A stretch of 64,000 bases of DNA from contig OZ254086.1 in the NCBI GenBank assembly GCA_965267575.1, forward strand, positions 3,520,001 to 3,584,000. The letters run 5' to 3'. The notes below the pieces were generated by a model that saw nothing but the letters and a program-made list of their open reading frames with translations, made no database searches and was not told where the DNA came from. The translations under genes were made by a program, and so were the position numbers. Below, in pieces: positions 28,613 to 38,465 of the stretch (positions are counted from its first letter, which is position 1; the number at the start of each line of letters is the position of its first letter). This stretch comes from Calditrichales bacterium. Lineage in GTDB: Bacteria > Calditrichota > Calditrichia > Calditrichales > J004.

Positions 28613-29197
28613 TTATTTAGTTACGATTTTATTGATGCTGTCCCACAACTTGTTTCCTTCTTTAATAAGATCAAACGAATAGCCGCTTAGCCGCCAGCGT
28701 GTTACCGTCAAACGCAGAGCACCGGTTATTATTGTTGCCAGTTCCCGGGCGGCAATGTCGTTTCGGATTTCTCCCCTGACGGCGCCTTCCTTTAAAATAT
28801 GGGTTATTGTGTTTCTGCTGTTTTCCATAATTCTGAAAACCTCTTCCGAAAGGCGTTTATCGTTTTGAAAAATTTCTTCTGAAAAAATAACAGCGGCAAT
28901 GGCAGGATTTTCGGCAAAGTAATTAAACCGCTTTTGAAACATATTTCTTAATTGTTCAACAGCTGAAACACTGTTGGGCTGCACTTGCGAAAACGAGTTT
29001 TCTTTATCTTCTTTAAAAAATTCCAATATGCCTAAAAGAATATTTATCTTACCTTCAAAATGGCGGTAGATGGCACCTTCGGCGGTACCTATTTTTTGGG
29101 ATAAGTTTTTTATAGTAAGTTTTTGAATGCCTTTATCGGCGATAAGCTCGATGGCGGCGTTTATAATTTGCAGTTGTCTTTCTGAAAAATTTTTCAT
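28613..29197 (-). CDS. TetR/AcrR family regulator
   Basis: QIINAAIELIADKGIQKLTIKNLSQKIG.AEGAIYRHF..K HTH. Confidence 0.92.
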   Translation of the reverse strand: MKNFSERQLQIINAAIELIADKGIQKLTIKNLSQKIGTAEGAIYRHFEGKINILLGILEFFKEDKENSFSQVQPNSVSAVEQLRNMFQKRFNYFAENPAIAAVIFSEEIFQNDKRLSEEVFRIMENSRNTITHILKEGAVRGEIRNDIAARELATIITGALRLTVTRWRLSGYSFDLIKEGNKLWDSINKIVTK

Positions 29198-29213
29198 TTG
29201 CGTTTCTTTATGT

Positions 29214-29258
29214 GTGAGCGCTCACTCACAAATATAATAATCGAAAATTGATTGTCAA
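29214..29258 (-). promoter_or_regulatory. tetR promoter and operator
   Basis: Minus strand TTGACA-16 nt-TATATT followed by GTGAGTGAGCGCTCAC, which contains the perfect palindrome GTGAGCGCTCAC. Confidence 0.7.
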
Positions 29259-29377
29259 TTAATTTTTGTATTGTGGTAGTACTGTCCACAACGTAAACTT
29301 TTCTCTAATGCCTACGTCTTTACATGTTTCCGTATTTTTTTGCTTACAAAACTTTCACCATCAGGGAGGCTTTTGCC

Positions 29378-32300
29378 ATGCGACGACCTATCGCTTTGCT
29401 TTGTTTGCTGTTCTTGTTCACAGGGTTATTTGCACAGGAAAAAGAGGACAAAAGTCCTTTAAACGAAGGCACTTTCTCCGGGCTGCAACTGCGTAATATC
29501 GGCCCGGCGTTCATGTCAGGACGTATTGCCGACATTGAGATCCACCCGGAAGATCCGCATACCTGGCTGGTCGCTGTCGGCTCGGGCGGGGTTTGGTATA
29601 CGGAAAACAGCGGTACCACCTGGCAGCCTGTTTTTGACAACTACGGTTCCTATTCCATCGGCTGCGTCACCTACGATCCTTCAAATCCGGCGATTGTCTG
29701 GCTTGGCAGCGGTGAAAATGTGGGCGGGCGTCACGTCGGTTATGGCGATGGCGTTTACAAAAGCACCGATGGCGGCAAATCATGGAAAAATGTGGGCCTG
29801 AAAAAAAGCGAGCATATTTCCGAGATCATCGTCCATCCCAAGAACTCCGATATTGTCTGGGTAGCTGCTCAGGGTCCGTTGTGGAACAAGGGCGATGAGC
29901 GTGGTCTCTACAAAACGACCGATGGCGGAGAAACCTGGAAAAAGGTGCTCGGCGATGACCAGTGGACCGGCGTTACCGATATTGTAATCGATCCGCGCGA
30001 TCCGGACCGCCTTTATGCGGCCACCTGGCAGCGTCACCGTAATGTGGCGGCTTATATGGGCGGCGGCCCCGGTTCCGGCCTGCATCGTTCCGTTGACGGT
30101 GGAAAGACCTGGGAAAAAATGACCAGCGGGCTTCCCGGCTCCAACATGGGTAAGATCGGCCTGGCCATTTCCCCGATCAATCCGGATGTGCTTTATGCGG
30201 CCATTGAGCTTGACCGCCGTCAGGGCGGGGTATGGCGCAGCGCCAACCGCGGTGGATCATGGCAGAAAATGTCTGACGCGGTCTCCGGTGGTACAGGGCC
30301 ACACTATTACCAGGAGCTTTACGCCAGCCCGCACGCATTCGATCGCATCTACCTGGCTGATGTGCTGGTGCGCGTGTCCGAAGATGGAGGACGTACCTTC
30401 AGGCCCGTGAACACGCAGTATAAGCATGTGGATAACCATGCACTGGCTTTCCGCAAAGACGATCCGGAATTTCTGCTTTCCGGCACGGATGGCGGCTTGT
30501 ATGTAAGTTACGACCTGGCCGATAGCTGGCAGTTTATCAGCAACCTGCCGGTCACGCAGTTTTACAAAGTGGCTGTGGATGACAGCGAGCCGTTCTACAA
30601 TGTGGTCGGCGGTACGCAGGATAACGCGACGCAGTATGGTCCGTCGCGTACGGTGTGGAGCATGGGTATAGACAATGACGACTGGATCATCGTTATCGGC
30701 GGGGACGGGCATCAGCCTGCCACAGAGCCGGGCAATCCCGATATTATCTACGCTCAGTCGCAGCAGGGCTTCCTTTCGCGCGTGGATATGACCAACGGCG
30801 AGAGTATTTCCATACAGCCCCAGCCGGGTCCGGGCGAAGATTACGAACGCTTCAACTGGGATTCACCCATCCTCGTGAGTCCGCATTCGCCGACGCGCAT
30901 TTATCATGCATCGCAGCGTGTCTGGCGCTCCGACAACCGCGGCGATGAATGGACGGCCATTTCCGGAGACCTGACCCGTGACCAGGAACGTATTACCTTG
31001 CCAATCATGGGGAAAACCTGGAGTTATGAAGAACCCTGGGATTTTCTGGCCATGTCCAATTATAACACGATTACATCTCTGGCCGAATCGCCCGTGCAGA
31101 AAGACCTGATCTACGTCGGAACTGATGACGGCCTGATCCAGGTGACCGAAGACGGAGGCAAAAACTGGCGGCGTATTGAGGTGGGCAGCCTGCCCGGTGT
31201 ACCCAAAACCGCCTTTGTTAATGACATCAAAGCGGACCTGTATGATGCCAACACCGTCTACGTGGCGCTGGACAACCACAAGTTTGGCGATTTCAATCCA
31301 TATCTTTTAAAAAGTACGGATCGTGGCAAAAGCTGGAGCTCCATTAAGGGCAACCTGCCCGACCGCAATTTGGTTTGGCGCGTCGTGCAGGATCATGAAA
31401 AACGCGACCTGCTTTTCGCCGCCACCGAATTTGGCGTTTATTTTACCATAAACGGTGGGGCAAAATGGATTAAGCTAAGCGGCGGCGCGCCTGTTATCAG
31501 CTTCCGCGATCTGGCTATTCAGCGTCGCGAGAGCGACCTTGTGGCGGCATCATTTGGCCGTGGCTTTTTTATCCTGGATGATTATACGCCGCTGCGCCAT
31601 GTTACGGAACAGAAACTGAACCAGGAAGCGACGATTTTCCCGATTCGCAAAGCGTGGTGGTATATTCCGCGCAACCTGGGCAATATTCAGGGTCATGATC
31701 ATTACCGTGCCCCGAACCCGCCTTTTGGCGCTGTATTTACATACCACCTGAAAGAAGCCTACAGCACGCTTAAAGACGATCGTATGAAAAAAGAAAAAGA
31801 ACTGGAAAAAGCCGGAAAAGCTGTGACCTTTCCGGGATGGGAACAGCTTGAGGCCGAACGCCGTCAGGATGCTCCGAAGATCTGGCTTACCGTTCGCGAC
31901 GCGCAGGGAAATGTTGTAAGGCGCATTGAAGGCCGAAATGCGGCCGGCATGCAAAGAATCGCCTGGGATTTACGTTATCCGCCGACGGATGCGATCAACA
32001 GTGAGCGCGATCTGCAAGGCGGTTACATTGGCGCCATGGCTCCGCCGGGAGAATACACGGTTACACTCTCCAGGGAAATCAATGGAGTTATAACTGTTTT
32101 AACGGAAGCAGTGCCGTTTACGGTTGAAAAGATGTATGACGGGGCGCTGGACGGAGCAACGGCCGAAGAAGCCAGCGCTTTCTGGCGCGAAACGGAGCGG
32201 CTTAATAAGTCGACAACGGCCGCCAACAGCGTTTTAAATGATGCGCTGCAGCGCATCAATCTTTTGCAGGGCGCTTTGACGCGTATGGCCAATGCCCCCG

Positions 32301-32632
32301 GTACTCTTGAAAAAGAGATACATGACCTGAAACAAACGCTGCTGGAGATGCAGACGGAACTTAGCGGTAACCGCAGTAAGCAGATGATTGGTGAAAAGAC
32401 AAAGCCAACAATAGCCGGCCGCCAGAGTTTTGCTTCACTCGGTACATTCGGTTCAACCTATGGACCTACTCCGGAGCACCGCCGCAGCCTGCAAATAGCG
32501 GCAGAGGAGTTCAAGGCGTTTAAAGCTCAGCTTGAAGAAATTGTAAATATTCAGCTCCCTGCGATCGAAACTAAAATGCGTGACGCAGGTGCTCCGTGGA
32601 TAGAGGGACAGGAGATACCGGACTATAAATAA
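29378..32632 (+). CDS. VPS10/BNR-repeat glycosyl-hydrolase-like protein
   Basis: RNIGPAFMSGRIAD and many S/TxDGGxxW Asp-boxes; signal peptide; GGAGG RBS before ATG 29378. Confidence 0.88.
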   Translation: MRRPIALLCLLFLFTGLFAQEKEDKSPLNEGTFSGLQLRNIGPAFMSGRIADIEIHPEDPHTWLVAVGSGGVWYTENSGTTWQPVFDNYGSYSIGCVTYDPSNPAIVWLGSGENVGGRHVGYGDGVYKSTDGGKSWKNVGLKKSEHISEIIVHPKNSDIVWVAAQGPLWNKGDERGLYKTTDGGETWKKVLGDDQWTGVTDIVIDPRDPDRLYAATWQRHRNVAAYMGGGPGSGLHRSVDGGKTWEKMTSGLPGSNMGKIGLAISPINPDVLYAAIELDRRQGGVWRSANRGGSWQKMSDAVSGGTGPHYYQELYASPHAFDRIYLADVLVRVSEDGGRTFRPVNTQYKHVDNHALAFRKDDPEFLLSGTDGGLYVSYDLADSWQFISNLPVTQFYKVAVDDSEPFYNVVGGTQDNATQYGPSRTVWSMGIDNDDWIIVIGGDGHQPATEPGNPDIIYAQSQQGFLSRVDMTNGESISIQPQPGPGEDYERFNWDSPILVSPHSPTRIYHASQRVWRSDNRGDEWTAISGDLTRDQERITLPIMGKTWSYEEPWDFLAMSNYNTITSLAESPVQKDLIYVGTDDGLIQVTEDGGKNWRRIEVGSLPGVPKTAFVNDIKADLYDANTVYVALDNHKFGDFNPYLLKSTDRGKSWSSIKGNLPDRNLVWRVVQDHEKRDLLFAATEFGVYFTINGGAKWIKLSGGAPVISFRDLAIQRRESDLVAASFGRGFFILDDYTPLRHVTEQKLNQEATIFPIRKAWWYIPRNLGNIQGHDHYRAPNPPFGAVFTYHLKEAYSTLKDDRMKKEKELEKAGKAVTFPGWEQLEAERRQDAPKIWLTVRDAQGNVVRRIEGRNAAGMQRIAWDLRYPPTDAINSERDLQGGYIGAMAPPGEYTVTLSREINGVITVLTEAVPFTVEKMYDGALDGATAEEASAFWRETERLNKSTTAANSVLNDALQRINLLQGALTRMANAPGTLEKEIHDLKQTLLEMQTELSGNRSKQMIGEKTKPTIAGRQSFASLGTFGSTYGPTPEHRRSLQIAAEEFKAFKAQLEEIVNIQLPAIETKMRDAGAPWIEGQEIPDYK

Positions 32633-32660
32633 CGTTATATATTTTTCACGATGAATAATT

Positions 32661-32699
32661 AAAAGCCCCGTCTCGTTAAGAGCGGGGCTTTTCTTTTTT
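32661..32699 (+). terminator. Rho-independent terminator
   Basis: AAAAGCCCCG...CGGGGCTTTT followed by a T-tract. Confidence 0.85.
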
Positions 32700-32757
32700 A
32701 TACAAATTAATTTTTTGTAATTTCGTTCGATTATGCCCGCTACCCAGGGAGAAGAAA

Positions 32758-35700
32758 ATGGATTACTCAAGGCTCAAAAAGCGCGATCTGATTGAACAGA
32801 TCGAACAATTGGAAAAGCGTATTGAGACATTGACCGCAAATACCGCTGCAAACAATCCGCAAAAAATCTCCAACCTGATGAATCAACTTCCCTGCGCACT
32901 TCTTGTTGAAACAGCCGAGAGGGAAATCTACCAGGTAAACCGAAGCTTTCTTTCCATCTTCGGCAATAGCCTGAAAACGGCCAACCTTTTGGGCCAATCG
33001 ACTCAGCAAATTTGGGATAGCCTCAACGGTTTTTTCGACACTCCTTCTGCCGAAGCTCTGCAAAAAATCGAAACAAAGATCAGCAGCGGTAAATTTTCCA
33101 CTGCCGGCGCTTTGCTGCATACAAAAGACGGGCGCGTTCTGCAATGCAACTATTTACCGGTGGAAAGCACTGATGGGGATATCGAACACATGTGGTGCTT
33201 TCGCGATGTGACGGTAACCAGGGAAGCCGATTTAAAGCATCGCCTGAGCGAGGAAAAGTTTTACCGTTACATAAGTCATGCTCCGTTCGGCGTTTTTGTA
33301 ATTGATAAAAGCGGGGTAATTGTGGAAGCCAATAATTCTGCGGCCCTGATAACGGGTTATGACCAGAGCGAACTGCTGCAAATGCAAATAAGCAAACTGG
33401 TTCCGGAAGGGCGCCGGGAGAAAGCCATACAGAATGCAAAGCTTTTACGTTCACAGGGTCATTTCAGTGGTGAAGGGCCATTCCTTACAAAAAAGGGCGA
33501 AATCCGACTCTGGTCTTTAAAGGCCGTACAGCTTTCCAGCGATCACTTTCTGGGTTTTGTAAACGACATTACCGAGCAAAAAAAGTCTGAAGACGCATTG
33601 GGAGAATCCAGGAAAATCCTGCAGGATGTGCTGGACACCATCCCAGTACGTGTTTTCTGGAAAGATGTGAATTCCAATTATCTGGGCTGCAACCGGCTTT
33701 TTGCCCGGGATGCCGGCAGGCAAAATCCTGATGAACTTCTGGGGCAGAACGACTATATGATGAGCTGGAAGGAGCAGGCCGGGTTATACCGTAGTGACGA
33801 TAAGCAGGTTATAGAAAGCGGACGAGCAAAAATCAACTATGAAGAGCCGCAGACAAATGAAGCGGGCGAAATAAGGTGGTTGCGAACGTCCAAAGTGCCT
33901 TTGCGAGACAGCAACGGTAGCATATACGGCGTCCTGGGAACATATGAGGATATCACGGAGCAACGCCGGGCCAATGAAGAGCTGGAGAAAAGTGAACAGA
34001 AACTGCGCAACATCGTCGAGCACAGCACCAATTTGTTCTACAGCCACACGGCCGATCATGATCTCACTTATGTAAGCCCGCAATCGCGCTACTTTTTTGA
34101 TTGCGAACCGGAAGAAGCGATGACGCGATGGACCGAATTTATTACGGACAACCCGCTTAACAAGATCGGAATTGAGCTTACCGATAAGGCCATACAGACC
34201 GGGCAACGCCAGCCTTCTTATCAGCTTGAACTCCGGACAAAAAAAGACCGGATCATTTGGGTGGAAGTCAATGAGGCGCCGCTGGTGGTGGATGGAAAAA
34301 CGGTTGCCGTAATTGGTTCGCTTACGGATATCACGGATTCAAAACTGGCGGAGATTGCCCTGCGCGAAAGTGAGGAAAAATTCCGCGAGCTGGCCGAACT
34401 GCTGCCGGAGGTGATTTTTGAAGCTGATGTTAAGGGTAACCTGACTTTTGTAAACAAGAAAGCGTTTGAGATATTCGGCTATTCACGCAAGGATTTTGAA
34501 AAAGGCGTCAATGCTATACAAACCATTGCCCGCGAAGACCGTAAAAGATCAAGTGAAAACATTCAGCGCGTGCTGAACGGACTGCCCGCAGGCAATTCGG
34601 AATACACTGCGCGACGCAAAGATGGCAGCACCTTTCCGGTATTAATCTATTCTAGCCCGATTTTACAAGACAATAAACCTGTTGGCCTGCGCGGCATAAT
34701 CGTTGATATAACCGAGCGCCGCCGCCTGGAAGAGCAGCTCCATCACTCACAGAAAATGGAGGCTGTTGGTCAGCTTGCCGGTGGCGTTGCCCACGATTTC
34801 AACAACCTGCTCACGATTATTAACGGGTTTTGCGATTTACTTAATCTTCAGCAACTCCCCGCTGAGGTGTCCGAGCCCGTCCGGCAAATCCAGAATGCCG
34901 GCAAACGCGCCGCGGAACTGACCAGCCAATTGCTCGCCTTCAGCCGCAAGCAAATCGTCCAACCGCGCATCGTAAATCTCAACGCGATCGTTTCAAACTA
35001 TATTAAAATGCTGGGCCGTCTGCTTGGCGAAAGTATCGAAATAGAGATGTTGCTGGAGCCGCGCCTGAATAACATTAAGGCTGATACGGGACAAATGGAA
35101 CAGATCATCATGAATATTTCAATAAATGCGCGTGATGCCATGGCCGGTGGCGGCAAACTGACCATCAAAACAAAAAACGTAAGCGTCAGCAACGCATCTG
35201 CGGATATGCCCGCGGGGCTTGTTCCCGGACGTTATGTAATGCTGAAGATAAGCGATACCGGTGTAGGCATGGACGAAGAGGTCCTCTCCCGGATATTTGA
35301 ACCGTTTTATACCACAAAAGCGCGTGGAAAGGGAACGGGCCTTGGACTAGCGACGGTTTATGGAATCGTTCAGCAAAACAGGGGCGCCATTCATGCGGAA
35401 AGTAAGCGGGGCAAGGGCAGTTATTTCACGGTTTATCTTCCCGCGGTTGTAGAGAGCGTAGCCGATGGGGATAACGCTCAAACAGAAAAAACGAACTACT
35501 ACGGCGCCGAATGTATTTTGCTTGTTGAAGACGATAAGGCTGTTTGCGAGGTGACAAAAACTACGCTCGAACGCTACGGATATCAGGTTTTGGTTGCGGC
35601 CAACGGGCGGGAAGCTTTGCAAATTTATGACCGCGAGAAGGATAAAATCGATCTTGTTTTAACAGATATGGTCATGCCGGTAATGAGCGGCCGCGAGCTT

Positions 35701-35874
35701 GCCAAAAAAATACGTGCACGCAACGCGTCTTTAAAGATACTTTTCTTTTCCGGCTATACCGATGATCTTTTTGCAAATGATAATATGGGTGAAAATGGCA
35801 GCCCGGGCTTTATTCAGAAGCCGTTTGACCAAAATGACCTGTTGCGAAAAATACGTGATATGCTAAAAAAATAA
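32758..35874 (+). CDS. Cytoplasmic multi-PAS hybrid histidine kinase
   Basis: Several PAS/PAC domains (DITE motifs); GGVAHDFNNLL, NARDAM, DTGVGM, EPFYTTK..GTGLGL; C-terminal receiver domain. Confidence 0.93.
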   Translation: MDYSRLKKRDLIEQIEQLEKRIETLTANTAANNPQKISNLMNQLPCALLVETAEREIYQVNRSFLSIFGNSLKTANLLGQSTQQIWDSLNGFFDTPSAEALQKIETKISSGKFSTAGALLHTKDGRVLQCNYLPVESTDGDIEHMWCFRDVTVTREADLKHRLSEEKFYRYISHAPFGVFVIDKSGVIVEANNSAALITGYDQSELLQMQISKLVPEGRREKAIQNAKLLRSQGHFSGEGPFLTKKGEIRLWSLKAVQLSSDHFLGFVNDITEQKKSEDALGESRKILQDVLDTIPVRVFWKDVNSNYLGCNRLFARDAGRQNPDELLGQNDYMMSWKEQAGLYRSDDKQVIESGRAKINYEEPQTNEAGEIRWLRTSKVPLRDSNGSIYGVLGTYEDITEQRRANEELEKSEQKLRNIVEHSTNLFYSHTADHDLTYVSPQSRYFFDCEPEEAMTRWTEFITDNPLNKIGIELTDKAIQTGQRQPSYQLELRTKKDRIIWVEVNEAPLVVDGKTVAVIGSLTDITDSKLAEIALRESEEKFRELAELLPEVIFEADVKGNLTFVNKKAFEIFGYSRKDFEKGVNAIQTIAREDRKRSSENIQRVLNGLPAGNSEYTARRKDGSTFPVLIYSSPILQDNKPVGLRGIIVDITERRRLEEQLHHSQKMEAVGQLAGGVAHDFNNLLTIINGFCDLLNLQQLPAEVSEPVRQIQNAGKRAAELTSQLLAFSRKQIVQPRIVNLNAIVSNYIKMLGRLLGESIEIEMLLEPRLNNIKADTGQMEQIIMNISINARDAMAGGGKLTIKTKNVSVSNASADMPAGLVPGRYVMLKISDTGVGMDEEVLSRIFEPFYTTKARGKGTGLGLATVYGIVQQNRGAIHAESKRGKGSYFTVYLPAVVESVADGDNAQTEKTNYYGAECILLVEDDKAVCEVTKTTLERYGYQVLVAANGREALQIYDREKDKIDLVLTDMVMPVMSGRELAKKIRARNASLKILFFSGYTDDLFANDNMGENGSPGFIQKPFDQNDLLRKIRDMLKK

Positions 35875-35880
35875 AGTAAA

Positions 35881-35914
35881 AAAGGCAGCACAGAAATAAA
35901 CCCGAGCTGCCTTT
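35881..35914. terminator. Bidirectional terminator
   Basis: AAAGGCAGC...GCTGCCTTT between convergent genes. Confidence 0.65.
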
Positions 35915-35921
35915 CTTCTTA

Positions 35922-37025
35922 TCAATTGCTGTATGCCAATCCAAAGGGATTAAATCCTACTTCAACTTCCGTAACAAATCGCGGCAAGCGCGAAGCCGGG
36001 TCGATGCTATAGACCGTAACGGTATTTGAACTGCCACCTGAGTGTGTCAGATAGAGCTTTTTGCTGTTATGATTAAGAGCAATATTATGCGGTACGGCTA
36101 TCAGATTGTCCATATAGGTGTCTACACTCCCCAGGATGTAATCACCGCGGGTGTCTATGGCAAAAATGCCATGCGCGCCGCCACCGGGGAGATTTGTTGT
36201 GTAGAAAGTGCGTCCGTTCCAGGCCATACCCGCTCCGTGGGCGCCAGGTATATCAAGTATCTCTGTTACTTCCATCGTAAGGCGATTCAGAATATAGATA
36301 GCATTGCTGTTCTGGGCCGGGACATACAGGTTTTCATTGACGCGCGGATGCAGGGATAAATGCGGGTCTTTACCAACGGCTGCCCGACCCAATTCACGGC
36401 CGCTGCGCATGTCATACTGTAATACGTAATCATTTTCACCGGAAAAGCCAAGCATTGTTACATAGGCTAATCTCTCAAACGGGCCGGTTATGACATCGTG
36501 TGGCTTGCCGCCCATGCTTACCAGATCCTGTGGCAGAGATATGGTCCGTACATTTTGCATGGCCTCAATATCGATGACGCTTATTGTGTTGTCGATATCA
36601 TTTACTACCCACAGGTGATGGCTGTTGACCTGCGCCCACATGTGGAAAACGCCGTTACCCGCCTCAACGGTGCCTTTTACAGAAAAGTCATCGCTATCGA
36701 AAAACACTACCTGATTATTGGCACGGTCTCCAACGAGAACTACCTCGTTGCGCGGCGACCAGACAACATACATCGGTTCACCATTATCGGGCATGGCGTA
36801 CGTGCCGCTCACTTGGTCATTAGCAACATTAATTACAGAGATTGTGCTGGATGCGCGGTTAGCAATCACAACATTTCCGGGAAGATGCGCGCGTGAAATA
36901 CCGGCCTGGCGTTCGACCTCCTGCTTAACCCGGGTGTCCGGAGATGTAACATTTTGGGTTTCCTGTTCACAGGAAATAAAAATAAAGAAAGAAGAAAACA
37001 GAATAGAAAGAAGCTTGTTGCGCAT
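35922..37025 (-). CDS. YncE/YVTN beta-propeller lipoprotein
   Basis: Lipobox FISC; ANRASSTISVI, DNTISVID and VGFNPFGLA repeats. Confidence 0.82.
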   Translation of the reverse strand: MRNKLLSILFSSFFIFISCEQETQNVTSPDTRVKQEVERQAGISRAHLPGNVVIANRASSTISVINVANDQVSGTYAMPDNGEPMYVVWSPRNEVVLVGDRANNQVVFFDSDDFSVKGTVEAGNGVFHMWAQVNSHHLWVVNDIDNTISVIDIEAMQNVRTISLPQDLVSMGGKPHDVITGPFERLAYVTMLGFSGENDYVLQYDMRSGRELGRAAVGKDPHLSLHPRVNENLYVPAQNSNAIYILNRLTMEVTEILDIPGAHGAGMAWNGRTFYTTNLPGGGAHGIFAIDTRGDYILGSVDTYMDNLIAVPHNIALNHNSKKLYLTHSGGSSNTVTVYSIDPASRLPRFVTEVEVGFNPFGLAYSN

Positions 37026-37141
37026 CGCGCCCTCCTTTTTTTTGTTGTGTAGCAGGGCGTAAACTGCGCTTGCATTTTCACAAAAACTTCACGAGAAAAT
37101 CATTTTCATGACCGGTTTGTTATCTATTTGAGTATTTTTTT

Positions 37142-37780
37142 TCAATAATTTTTAATTTTTTTAAAAATATATGGTCCGTTTGCAGAGCCCCACACTTGGT
37201 TACCTTTTTTATCAAACCCGCGGTCCCAACTGTTAAGAACGTTTTCTTCAATGCGCACTTCCGAAGTGGCGTAACTGGCCCCGCGTAACGTGCTTAAACA
37301 ACGTTTTCCATCAGTGCTGCCGACAAAAGCGCTATCTGTAAAGCTAAGCGTAATGGCGCAGCCTTCTCTTAAAATAAGAGAATCCGGTGTCAAATCGGAA
37401 AAAGCGTTTTCCTCGTTCCACCGGCCGGCGAAGCGTAGAGGATCGGGAAGTTCAAAAACCGCGCTTTCATAGGTATTATCAGGCTTTGCGGCTATTCGGT
37501 ATACTCTTTGGCGGTAAGGTTTTTTAAGTGCCCAGGCCGCGGCCTGTTCAACATAAAGCCAGATGCCATCGTTTCTATCGTGCCAAATTTGAACCATTTC
37601 CAAACGGATATCTAAAAAGTTGGTATCGGTTTTTGCTTGTTCCGCGCTGCTGAATGAGCCCGTCATCCAATCCCGCAGAGTGTTAAAGTTGCTATCCGTA
37701 CGCTCTTGAGCTACTATTGAAGTACTTATTGAAAAATGTATCAAAACTGTCAACAAAAAAAACAGGTTAGATTGCTTCAT
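37142..37780 (-). CDS. CpcT/CpeT family chromophore-lyase-like protein with signal peptide
   Basis: G.FSS.EQA, LYVEQA..PYRQRVY, GC, C...RGASYATSEV, SWDRGFD..G.QVWGS..GPY.F motifs; AGGAG RBS. Confidence 0.88.
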   Translation of the reverse strand: MKQSNLFFLLTVLIHFSISTSIVAQERTDSNFNTLRDWMTGSFSSAEQAKTDTNFLDIRLEMVQIWHDRNDGIWLYVEQAAAWALKKPYRQRVYRIAAKPDNTYESAVFELPDPLRFAGRWNEENAFSDLTPDSLILREGCAITLSFTDSAFVGSTDGKRCLSTLRGASYATSEVRIEENVLNSWDRGFDKKGNQVWGSANGPYIFKKIKNY

Positions 37781-37967
37781 TGCCACTCCTTGACCTATCG
37801 TAATTAACAAAGTACAGAGCAAAAAAATGTTTGACCTTATTGAATTTTAAGTAGTAATTTTAAAGAACTTTGCAGAAATAAACCATGCGTATTTTTGTTT
37901 CACAAGTAATCTATAAAAACTTGATTTACATAACTGAAATGGACAACAAAACAGTGAGTGAGCTAAA

Positions 37968-38435
37968 ATGAGCAGAAAAAGTTCGATGAAAATTCCCGAT
38001 GCCTTAAAGGCTATTAGAAAGCGTATCGAGAAAAAGCCCGAGACGTTTGACATGGCTCATACACACCAGATGCCGTATTCGCCGAACGCCCCGGATATAA
38101 TCGTATCTTACGATTCTCTTGGAGAAATAAACCGCACAACGGATAGGAAACTAATCGCCTGGGATTATGGCAAACACTCCATGCTGGGGCATTATCTTTT
38201 GTTACTGCGTGAAAAGGGTTTCCGCCCCAAGATGCACGAATCGGCAACAGATACGCTGAACCGTTACCTCTACTACTATGGCATCGAAAAGTATTTTCCG
38301 TGGGTTTTCTCTTTGAAACGCTGGCCCAAAGATCTGCGTGAGTTATACAAGGAAGATAAAGCCAAAGGCGGGATCGCGGCAATCGACCGCTTTATTAAAG
38401 AGGGTGATTACCCTGACATAGATACCAGCATCTAA
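37968..38435 (+). CDS. Hypothetical protein
   Basis: 155 aa ORF followed by a terminator; no motif recognised. Confidence 0.6.
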   Translation: MSRKSSMKIPDALKAIRKRIEKKPETFDMAHTHQMPYSPNAPDIIVSYDSLGEINRTTDRKLIAWDYGKHSMLGHYLLLLREKGFRPKMHESATDTLNRYLYYYGIEKYFPWVFSLKRWPKDLRELYKEDKAKGGIAAIDRFIKEGDYPDIDTSI

Positions 38436-38444
38436 AAAATTCAG

Positions 38445-38465
38445 GAGCCTTCGGGCTCTTTTTTT
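38445..38465 (+). terminator. Rho-independent terminator
   Basis: GAGCC-TTCG-GGCTC followed by a T-tract. Confidence 0.75.

Noticed and set aside
37142..37780. cpcT as evidence of phototrophy
   Set aside because: No phycobiliprotein or photosystem genes in the window, and the protein has a signal peptide.
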